Source of the DNA: Candidatus Arthromitus sp. SFB-rat-Yit
Lineage (GTDB): Bacteria > Bacillota > Clostridia > Clostridiales > Clostridiaceae
NCBI RefSeq assembly: GCF_000283555.1
Contig: NC_016012.1
Location: forward strand, 1,483,557 to 1,515,556
Direction of reading: 5' to 3'
DNA length: 32,000 bases
The notes under the pieces were generated by a model. The model was given only the letters and a program-made list of their open reading frames with translations. It was not told the DNA's origin and did no database searches. Shown here one piece after another: positions 25,331-32,000 of the stretch. A program made the position numbers and the translations under genes. Each line of letters starts with the position of its first letter. Position 1 is the first letter of the stretch.

Positions 25331-26032
25331 ATGAAAATAAATGAAAATTTAGTTAAGTATAATTTTTCTTCAAGACAAGGAACTAAAATAGAATATATTG
25401 TTATACATGATACAGGAAATACTTCTAAAGGTGCTGATGCAAATGCTCATTTTTCATTTTTTAATTCTGGAGATAAGCAATCATCTGCTCATTACTTCGT
25501 GGATGATACTCAAATATTAAGAATTATTAAAGATTCAGATAAATCATGGCATTGTGGAGATGGGAAAGGTAAGTATGGTATAACAAACGAAAATAGTATT
25601 GGAATTGAAATGTGTATCAATGTTGATGGTGATTTTAGTATAACATTAGATAAAACAATTGAACTAACAGCCTATCTTATGGATAAATATGATATACCCC
25701 TAAAAAATGTCGTAAGACACTATGACGCAAGTAGAAAAATTTGTCCAAATATAATGAGTAAAAATAACTGGGTTTTATGGTATGAATTTAAGTCAGATCT
25801 AAATAGTTGCTATAATAATTTGATTTCTGATTATAATACAATAATTATCTCAGATAATATAAATAATTTTATCGATAATGTTTATATAGTGTTTTTATAT
25901 AGGCACCCTGATAGTGAAGGTAAAAAGTTTTGGTATAATAAAATAAAATCTAAAAAATCAACAGTAGAAGATTTTGTTAATTCTTTAATGAGTAGTCAAG
26001 AATTTTCAGAGATTAAATCTATCTATATATAA
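25331..26032 (+). CDS. N-acetylmuramoyl-L-alanine amidase (Amidase_2/PGRP type) with C-terminal DUF4214-like domain; no signal peptide
   Basis: IEYIVIHDTGN, SAHYFVDD, NSIGIEMC and RHYDASRKICP are amidase_2 zinc/catalytic motifs. The tail VYIVFLYRHPDSEGKKFWYNKI...SSQEF resembles DUF4214. Confidence 0.85.
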   Translation: MKINENLVKYNFSSRQGTKIEYIVIHDTGNTSKGADANAHFSFFNSGDKQSSAHYFVDDTQILRIIKDSDKSWHCGDGKGKYGITNENSIGIEMCINVDGDFSITLDKTIELTAYLMDKYDIPLKNVVRHYDASRKICPNIMSKNNWVLWYEFKSDLNSCYNNLISDYNTIIISDNINNFIDNVYIVFLYRHPDSEGKKFWYNKIKSKKSTVEDFVNSLMSSQEFSEIKSIYI

Positions 26033-26036
26033 AAAT

Positions 26037-26067
26037 TATAGTGAAGGCTCTATGAGCCTTCACTATA
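26037..26067. terminator. Bidirectional terminator between the amidase gene (+) and rsmG (-)
   Basis: tatagtgaaggctc / gagccttcactata, a perfect 14-bp stem with loop tat, followed by aaacTTTTTTT. The rsmG stop lies within the 3' arm. Confidence 0.75.
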
Positions 26068-26764
26068 AACTTTTTTTGTCTACTATTCTATATTCTCTTG
26101 GATAAAAATCAGGTGTTTTAAATAATTTATTTATTACTATTAAATTACTATTAAATTCTGGTATATTTATTATTTTTTCACTATTCCCACCTAATATTTT
26201 AATAGCTTTTGTTGCTTCTTCTAATTCTTCCTTTGCTTTTAATCCTTTTAGAGCTATATATTTACCATTTATTTTTACTAATGGAAATGATAATTCTAAT
26301 AATTTATTTAATCTTGCCATTGCTCTTGATAAAACATAATCATATTTCTCTCTAAAATCTTTATCTCGTGATAAATCTTCAACTCTACTATCTATTGCTT
26401 TTATATTTTTTAAATCTAATACTCTTATTATTTTATATAAAAAAATCACTTTTTTTGTGGTTGACTCTATCAAATCTACACTAAGGTCATCTCTTATTAT
26501 TTTTATAGGTATTCCTGGAAATCCTGCACCACTTCCAACATCACATAATTTAGTATTATGCTTAATTTTGTAATTCAATATTAATATAGAATCCAAAAAA
26601 TGTCTTGATATAATCTTATCTCTATCATTTATGGCTGTTAAATTAAATTTTTTGTTGTATTCTATTAAAGTTTCCATATATATATTAAATTTTTCATACA
26701 TTTCAACTGTAAAATCAATTTTTAATTTCTCACAAAATTTTTTCATAGTATCAAAATATTCCAT
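26063..26764 (-). CDS. rsmG: 16S rRNA (guanine527-N7)-methyltransferase RsmG (GidB)
   Basis: SAM motif LCDVGSGAGFPGIPIKI. 233 aa, immediately downstream of mnmG. Confidence 0.9.
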   Translation of the reverse strand: MEYFDTMKKFCEKLKIDFTVEMYEKFNIYMETLIEYNKKFNLTAINDRDKIISRHFLDSILILNYKIKHNTKLCDVGSGAGFPGIPIKIIRDDLSVDLIESTTKKVIFLYKIIRVLDLKNIKAIDSRVEDLSRDKDFREKYDYVLSRAMARLNKLLELSFPLVKINGKYIALKGLKAKEELEEATKAIKILGGNSEKIINIPEFNSNLIVINKLFKTPDFYPREYRIVDKKSL

Positions 26765-26765
26765 T

Positions 26766-28640
26766 TCATCTCCTCCTCATAAGCTCAATATATAATATTA
26801 AAACTGATATATCTGCAGGAGATACTCCGGATATCCTCATTGCTTGACCTATACTAATTGGTTTTATTGCCTTTAATTTTTGAATTGCTTCTCGTCTTAA
26901 TCCTTTAATATCTGTATAATTCAAATCCGATGGAATTAATTTATTTTCCATTTTTTTAAAATTCTTAACTTCATCCTCTTGTTTTTTTATATATCCATCA
27001 TATTTTATCATTATATTAATTTGTTCAATTACATCCTTATCTATTTTAGGTCTATTTTTATCCAGCTTATATAACATATCATAATCTAGTTCAGTTCTTT
27101 TAATTAATTCGTATAAAGTTGTCGGTTTTCTCAGTGATTTTGAGTTCATTGATTCTAATATTTCATTGATTTCCGTGGAGTTATTTATTCGTAAATTTTT
27201 TATTCTGTTTAATTCCTCGTTTAAACTTTTTAATTTATGATTAAATATAGAATATCTTTCTTCGTCTACTAATCCAATTTCATAACCTTTATGTGTTAAC
27301 CTTGCATCAGCGTTATCTTGTCTTAATAAAAGCCTATATTCAGCCCTAGATGTCATCATTCTATAAGGTTCATTTGTTCCTTTATTTATAAGATCATCAA
27401 TTAAAACCCCAATATATCCATCACTTCTATCTAATATAAATTGTGATTTATTTTTAATATATAATGCGGCATTAATACCAGCTATTATACCTTGTGCTGC
27501 TGCTTCCTCATATCCAGATGTACCATTAATTTGACCTGCTGAAAATAATCCTCTAATACTTTTAAGTTCAAGTGTGTGTTTAAATTCTTGAGTATCTAAA
27601 ACATCATATTCTATAGCATATCCCGTTCTCATTATCTCGATATTCTCGCATCCTTTTATAGTTCTTATCATTTTAATTTGTATATTTTCTGGTAATGATG
27701 AAGACATTCCTTGAAGATACATTTCATTTGTATTTAATCCCTCTGGTTCTATAAAAATTTGATGCCTATTTTTATCCCCAAATCTCATTATCTTATCTTC
27801 AATAGAGGGGCAATATCTTGGACCAATACCTGTTATTGTTCCATTATAAATAGGGGATTTATCTATATTATTTTTTATTATTTTATGTGTTTCATCATTA
27901 GTGTAAGTTAAATAACAATCCACTTGTTTTACATTTATGTACTTGTTTAAAAATGAAAATGGTATTATATTCTTATCACCTGATTGAATTTCAACTTTTG
28001 AAAAATCAATACTTTTTTTGTTAACCCTAGCTGGTGTCCCTGTTTTAAATCTTCTAATTTTCATTCCTAAATCAATTAATTTATTTGTTAAAAGTTTTGA
28101 ATTTGATAAACCATTAGGTCCCGAGTCAAATATATTATCCCCAATTATAACTTTTGAATTTAAATATACTCCTGTGCAAATTACTATAGATTTACATTTA
28201 AAATAGGAATCTGTTGTGAGTATAACTCCTTTTATTTCATTTTTTTCTATATGTATATCTTTAACTTCTCCTTGAATTATAGATAGATTTTCCTGATTTT
28301 CTAATACGTTTTTCATATGCTTTTGATATTTTAACTTATCTACTTGAAATCTTAAAGAATGAACTGCAGGTCCCTTTGACATATTAAGCATTCTTGCTTG
28401 AATTACACATTTATCTGCAGTTAATCCCATTTGTCCACCTAATGCATCTATTTCCTTTACCAAATGTCCTTTTGCAGTTCCACCTATACTAGGATTACAT
28501 GGCATAAAACCAATTGAATCTAAATTTAATGTTATTAATAAAGTTTTAATACCAATTCTTGAAGAAGCAAGGGCTGCTTCAATTCCTGCGTGTCCACCAC
28601 CTATAACTATTACAGAAAATTCTCCTCTTAAACAACTCAT
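26766..28640 (-). CDS. mnmG: tRNA uridine 5-carboxymethylaminomethyl modification enzyme MnmG (GidA)
   Basis: FAD motif [46 protein letters not shown]. 624 aa. Confidence 0.95.
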   Translation of the reverse strand: MSCLRGEFSVIVIGGGHAGIEAALASSRIGIKTLLITLNLDSIGFMPCNPSIGGTAKGHLVKEIDALGGQMGLTADKCVIQARMLNMSKGPAVHSLRFQVDKLKYQKHMKNVLENQENLSIIQGEVKDIHIEKNEIKGVILTTDSYFKCKSIVICTGVYLNSKVIIGDNIFDSGPNGLSNSKLLTNKLIDLGMKIRRFKTGTPARVNKKSIDFSKVEIQSGDKNIIPFSFLNKYINVKQVDCYLTYTNDETHKIIKNNIDKSPIYNGTITGIGPRYCPSIEDKIMRFGDKNRHQIFIEPEGLNTNEMYLQGMSSSLPENIQIKMIRTIKGCENIEIMRTGYAIEYDVLDTQEFKHTLELKSIRGLFSAGQINGTSGYEEAAAQGIIAGINAALYIKNKSQFILDRSDGYIGVLIDDLINKGTNEPYRMMTSRAEYRLLLRQDNADARLTHKGYEIGLVDEERYSIFNHKLKSLNEELNRIKNLRINNSTEINEILESMNSKSLRKPTTLYELIKRTELDYDMLYKLDKNRPKIDKDVIEQINIMIKYDGYIKKQEDEVKNFKKMENKLIPSDLNYTDIKGLRREAIQKLKAIKPISIGQAMRISGVSPADISVLILYIELMRRR

Positions 28641-28647
28641 AAATTAC

Positions 28648-30012
28648 CTACTTTCCAATACAAAATTTTGAAAATATATTATCTATAATTGATTCTGTTA
28701 CATCCTCACCTGTTATACTCATTATAAAACTTAAGGCTTTTCTGATATCAATAGATATAATATCAAGTGGAATAGAATCATTTAATAAATTCAGTGAATT
28801 ATGTAAAAGCATTCTTGTATTAGCTAGAGCTTCCACATGACGTAAATTGGTTAATATTATTGAATCTTCCATAGAATCTAAGTCATTTAATATAAATTTA
28901 TCTTTAATAGATTTTTCTAAATCTTCAAACCCAATATTCTCTTTAACTGATAGAGTAATTACATTATCTCGTGATAATATATTAAATTTTTTACAAACAT
29001 CTTCTGCATTAAATAAATTATCAATTTCACATTTGTTTATTATAACAATAAATTTTTTATCTTTTATAAGTTCATATATTTTAAAATCCTCATCACTAAG
29101 TTCTGTTGTTCCATCTAATAAAAATAATATAAGTGTACTCTCTTCTATCTTTTCTTTAGTCATATTAATTCCTATAGACTCTACTATATCATTGCTTTTT
29201 CTAATTCCTGCTGTGTCAAATAAATTTAATACAATTCCTCTAAAATTAACAACTTCTTCTATTATATCTCTAGTAGTTCCAGGTATATCTGTAACAATTG
29301 CTCTATCAAATTTACAAAAATAATTTAAAAGTGATGATTTTCCAACATTTGGTTTGCCAACAATACAAGTTGAAATACCATCTTTAATTAATATTCCTTG
29401 ATCTTTATATTTTAAAATATCATCTAAAATATTTATAACCTCTTCTAAATCTTTTTTTATATCCTGAGAGTGAACTTCCTCAACCTCATTCTCAAAATCA
29501 ATAATAACTTCTATTTTTGAAATTATATTTAAAATATGCTCTTTTACTATAAGCAATTTATTATACAATTTACCCATTTTTTGATTAATAGCACATTTAA
29601 GTTCCATATCTGATCTAGAGTTAATTAAATCTATTATTGATTCTGCCTTTGTCAAATCTATTTTCCCATTAATAAATGCTCTTTTTGTAAATTCTCCAAC
29701 GTCAGAAACTCTAGCTCCAAGACTAACAACTAAATCAAATATTTTTGTTGTTATAAGTTTTCCACCATGACAATTAATTTCTATAACATCTTCTCCTGTA
29801 AAACTTTTTGGAGCCTTCATAAAACTTACTAACACTTCATCATAAATTTCTCCATCATACTTTATAAATCCATATTTAATTCCATTTGGAGTCAAATCGT
29901 CTTTGCTATGGAAAATTTTTTTTGCTATTTCAAGACTTTTATCTCCAGAAATCCTTATTATGTTTACAGCACTTTTAGAAAGTGCTGTTGATAAACCAAC
30001 AATTGTACTCAT
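28648..30012 (-). CDS. mnmE: tRNA modification GTPase MnmE (TrmE)
   Basis: G-domain GKPNVGKSS, DIPGTTRD, DTAGIR, NKCE, and the C-terminal CIGK motif. The start is set at MSTIVGL (30012) with GGAGG 6 nt upstream. The track ORF extends to 30051. Confidence 0.95.
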   Translation of the reverse strand: MSTIVGLSTALSKSAVNIIRISGDKSLEIAKKIFHSKDDLTPNGIKYGFIKYDGEIYDEVLVSFMKAPKSFTGEDVIEINCHGGKLITTKIFDLVVSLGARVSDVGEFTKRAFINGKIDLTKAESIIDLINSRSDMELKCAINQKMGKLYNKLLIVKEHILNIISKIEVIIDFENEVEEVHSQDIKKDLEEVINILDDILKYKDQGILIKDGISTCIVGKPNVGKSSLLNYFCKFDRAIVTDIPGTTRDIIEEVVNFRGIVLNLFDTAGIRKSNDIVESIGINMTKEKIEESTLILFLLDGTTELSDEDFKIYELIKDKKFIVIINKCEIDNLFNAEDVCKKFNILSRDNVITLSVKENIGFEDLEKSIKDKFILNDLDSMEDSIILTNLRHVEALANTRMLLHNSLNLLNDSIPLDIISIDIRKALSFIMSITGEDVTESIIDNIFSKFCIGK

Positions 30013-30026
30013 ATTTAACCTCCAAT

Positions 30027-30054
30027 AAAAAAAGAGTTGTCCTATAAACAACCC
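30027..30054 (-). terminator. Probable rho-independent terminator after yidC
   Basis: Minus-strand RNA GGGUUGU-uuauagg-ACAACUC (7 bp including one G-U pair), followed by UUUUUUU. It lies in the 48-nt yidC-mnmE gap. Confidence 0.5.
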
Positions 30055-30060
30055 CTACAA

Positions 30061-30750
30061 CTAATTTTTTGATAATTCCGTATCATTTTTAAATACATTA
30101 TTTATTATCATACTTATTATAATTGAAACTATATTAGAAAAGACATAATATATTCCTACTGCCGAAGAAACAGATATTGTAAATACTCCAAGCATAACTG
30201 ATAATACAATGTTCATAACTCTACTTTGTTGAGCTTGAGCTTTATTATCTTCCGATGAAGATGCAGGTATACTTAATTTACCTTGTAAAAAACCAGTTAC
30301 AACTGCCAATATCGGCAATATAAAATACGGATCTTTTGCTGCTAAATTAGGTATCCATAAAAATGAAATCGTATTTTCCTGTAAACCTGGTAATCTTAAA
30401 AATAATTGAAAAAATAATAAAAGTATCGGTAACTGTATGAATGTAGGTAAACATCCAGATAATGGATTTATTTGATAATCCTTATATAGTTGCAATATTT
30501 GTTGTTGTTGTTTTTGTGGATCTGACTTATATTTAGCTTGTATCTTTTGAAGCTCTGGCTGTATTTTTTGTAAAATTTTTGTTGTTTTTATTTGCTTTAT
30601 ATGTAAAGGTAAGGTAATTATCTTAATAATTAATATAGCTAATATAATTGTCAATCCATATGATAAATTAACATTTGGAATAATACTAAAAACTATATTA
30701 TGTAATCCTTCAAATCCCTTAATTAACAAATTAATTATACTATCAAACAA
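30061..30750 (-). CDS. yidC: Membrane protein insertase YidC/Oxa1 family (SpoIIIJ-like, short clostridial type)
   Basis: YGLTIILAILIIKIITLPL...QPELQKIQAKYKSDPQKQQQQILQLYKDYQINPLSGCLP is the conserved YidC core. 229 aa. Confidence 0.9.
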   Translation of the reverse strand: MFDSIINLLIKGFEGLHNIVFSIIPNVNLSYGLTIILAILIIKIITLPLHIKQIKTTKILQKIQPELQKIQAKYKSDPQKQQQQILQLYKDYQINPLSGCLPTFIQLPILLLFFQLFLRLPGLQENTISFLWIPNLAAKDPYFILPILAVVTGFLQGKLSIPASSSEDNKAQAQQSRVMNIVLSVMLGVFTISVSSAVGIYYVFSNIVSIIISMIINNVFKNDTELSKN

Positions 30751-30815
30751 CTATTAATCCCCCTTAAAACTATTACTAATACAATTTTAATATAAAAAAT
30801 ATAAAAAGTACATTT

Positions 30816-31031
30816 TTATTTTAATGGATCATATCCCCCTTTAGATAATGGATTACATTTACAAATTCTTATAATCACTAAAAAAGTAGCCTTAATAGTA
30901 TTATACTTTTTATAGGCTAAGATAGCATAGTTTGAGCATGTTGGATAAAACTTACATCTAGGAATTGTATTTGATGATATATATTTTTGATAAATTTTTA
31001 TTATTTTTACACTAATCTTTTCACGTTTCAT
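30816..31031 (-). CDS. yidD: Membrane protein insertion efficiency factor YidD
   Basis: IKIYQKYIS...CKFYPTCSNYA...KGGYDPL is canonical YidD. Its ATG overlaps the rnpA stop (ATGA). Confidence 0.85.
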   Translation of the reverse strand: MKREKISVKIIKIYQKYISSNTIPRCKFYPTCSNYAILAYKKYNTIKATFLVIIRICKCNPLSKGGYDPLK

Positions 31032-31366
31032 AATAACATTAAGCTCTTGTTAAACAATTTATTAATACTTTTTTCTACTTCTGAATAATTCTTATCTTTA
31101 GCTGCAACTCTTACAATAAATACAATATCATATCCAGTTTTAAGTTTATATAAATTTAATCTATATATTTCATAAACATATCTTCTTATCTTATTTCTAA
31201 GAACACTTTTTCCTACTTTTTTACTTATACTTATACCCAACCTATTAATTTCTAAATTTTTCTTATTTTTGTATATATATAATATAAATAATTTACTAGA
31301 ATATGATTTTCCTCTATTATATACAATTCTAAAATCAAAATTTTTCTTTATCTTATAAACCTTCAT
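31028..31366 (-). CDS. rnpA: Ribonuclease P protein component
   Basis: 112 aa, basic. SISKKVGKSVLRNKIRRYVYEIYR is the RNR-type motif. Located downstream of rpmH. Confidence 0.9.
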   Translation of the reverse strand: MKVYKIKKNFDFRIVYNRGKSYSSKLFILYIYKNKKNLEINRLGISISKKVGKSVLRNKIRRYVYEIYRLNLYKLKTGYDIVFIVRVAAKDKNYSEVEKSINKLFNKSLMLL

Positions 31367-31387
31367 AATCTAAATACAATCCCCTCT

Positions 31388-31440
31388 AAAATATTAAAGA
31401 GGCACTTTTATATTTTAAAAATGTGCCTCTTTAATATTTT
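31388..31440 (-). terminator. Strong hairpin between rpmH and rnpA (attenuator/terminator)
   Basis: aaaatattaaagaggcac / gtgcctctttaatatttt, a perfect 18-bp stem with a 17-nt AT loop. The U-rich 3' end is part of the arm. Confidence 0.5.
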
Positions 31441-31450
31441 ATTAATCCTA

Positions 31451-31585
31451 CTAATAAGTTAATCTTTTTCTACCCTTTAATCTTCTTCTTTTTATAATAG
31501 CTCTTCCAGAAGCATTTTTCATTCTTTTTCTAAAACCATGCTCCTTTTTACGCTGTCTCTTTTTTGGTTGATACGTCATAAACAT
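31451..31585 (-). CDS. rpmH: 50S ribosomal protein L34; not in the supplied ORF track
   Basis: Manual translation gives [44 protein letters not shown] (44 aa), with TAG as the complement of 31451-31453. GGGGTGG lies upstream. Confidence 0.9.
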   Translation of the reverse strand: MFMTYQPKKRQRKKEHGFRKRMKNASGRAIIKRRRLKGRKRLTY

Positions 31586-32000
31586 GTAACCACCCCATTT
31601 TAATTAAATTTCTAAATTTTATTTTAGTAGATTATATATCTAATTTTAAATTATGTCAATTATTATTTTTTCCTAATATAAATAAATATTAATTGAATGA
31701 TTAGATGTTATTATGTTATTATTATTCTTATTGTTGATAACTTGTTTTGTTTTCAACATTTTTATTAACATATCAATTCTATGTTAATATTTATGTTTAT
31801 TATTTGAAATTATTTGATTTTTACTGCTTTGTATTAATATGTTTGTTTGTGTATAAATTAATTTATATTGCATTTTTAAAATTTTTAACATTTTTTATTT
31901 TTTATTTATATTCCATATACATTATTGTTTATTTATTGTTGTTTATTTGTTAATTTCTAGATATTATTTTAAAGTTTTTTATTTATTGGAGGTAGTAAGT
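31586..32000. other. oriC: rpmH-dnaA intergenic region, probable upstream part of oriC
   Basis: Non-coding and extremely AT-rich. DnaA-box-like 9-mers: TTATCAACA (complement of 31732-31740), TTATACACA (complement of 31848-31856), TTTTCAACA (31750-31758), TTATTAACA (31762-31770). GGAGG at 31989-31993 suggests dnaA starts just beyond the window. Confidence 0.55.

Noticed and set aside
28018-29323. 62-aa and 158-aa plus-strand ORFs inside mnmG and mnmE
   Set aside because: These are antisense shadow ORFs of conserved genes, with no SD and no recognisable motifs.
31747-31953. 68-aa plus-strand ORF in the rpmH-dnaA spacer
   Set aside because: It is a by-product of the T-rich strand (Phe/Leu/Ile/Tyr only) with no SD, and lies in the expected origin/promoter region.
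1-32000. CRISPR arrays, tRNA/rRNA genes, IS elements or transposases, integrases, toxin-antitoxin pairs or known defence-system genes
   Set aside because: I found no direct-repeat/spacer periodicity, no GC-rich cloverleaf-like patches, no transposase or integrase motifs, and no inverted terminal repeats flanking a block. The window reads as core chromosome.

Overview
This is a dense, very AT-rich window (about three quarters A+T by eye, not computed) from a low-GC, Clostridia-like Firmicute. It uses the standard bacterial code: TGA, TAA and TAG all terminate recognisable genes. The window is the left flank of the replication origin. The right end carries rpmH-rnpA-yidD-yidC-mnmE-mnmG-rsmG on the minus strand. 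That block is followed by a T-skewed rpmH-dnaA spacer with degenerate DnaA boxes and a GGAGG at the last bases, so dnaA presumably starts just past 32000. Moving left, the window holds an endolysin-type amidase and a small anchored protein. Next comes parA-parB with a consensus parS, placed directly behind a class V aminotransferase, then a DUF3343 gene and rpsF-ssb-rpsR. Further left are DnaD-like and DnaI-like loader genes, an M23 peptidase, and a signal-less S8 peptidase with a small upstream partner ORF. These are followed by a DUF1540 mini-gene, murA, and an operon of MBL hydrolase, CxxH/CxxC, SEC-C and rlmH. The left third holds dnaB, an XRE-cupin regulator, a LonB/LonC-type protease, rplI, metG, an LtaS-family enzyme, a BFD-like ferredoxin and an ECF transporter module. 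I saw no rRNA, tRNA, CRISPR array, IS element or defence island; this is mostly core housekeeping DNA. The most unusual feature is rlmH. It is present as two translationally coupled paralogs that have lost complementary halves of the known composite RlmH active site, one keeping the SAM-binding knot and the other the catalytic C-terminal tail. This suggests an obligate heterodimeric methyltransferase. Secondary observations: origin-proximal synteny and strand orientation are broken (about 17 kb of CDS would be head-on versus about 13 kb co-directional). jag is absent from its usual slot between yidC and mnmE, and I saw no second ParB/Noc-like gene or gdpP anywhere in the window. Several unusually long perfect hairpins swallow stop codons or ribosome-binding sites. 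Two conserved small genes are missing from the ORF track.
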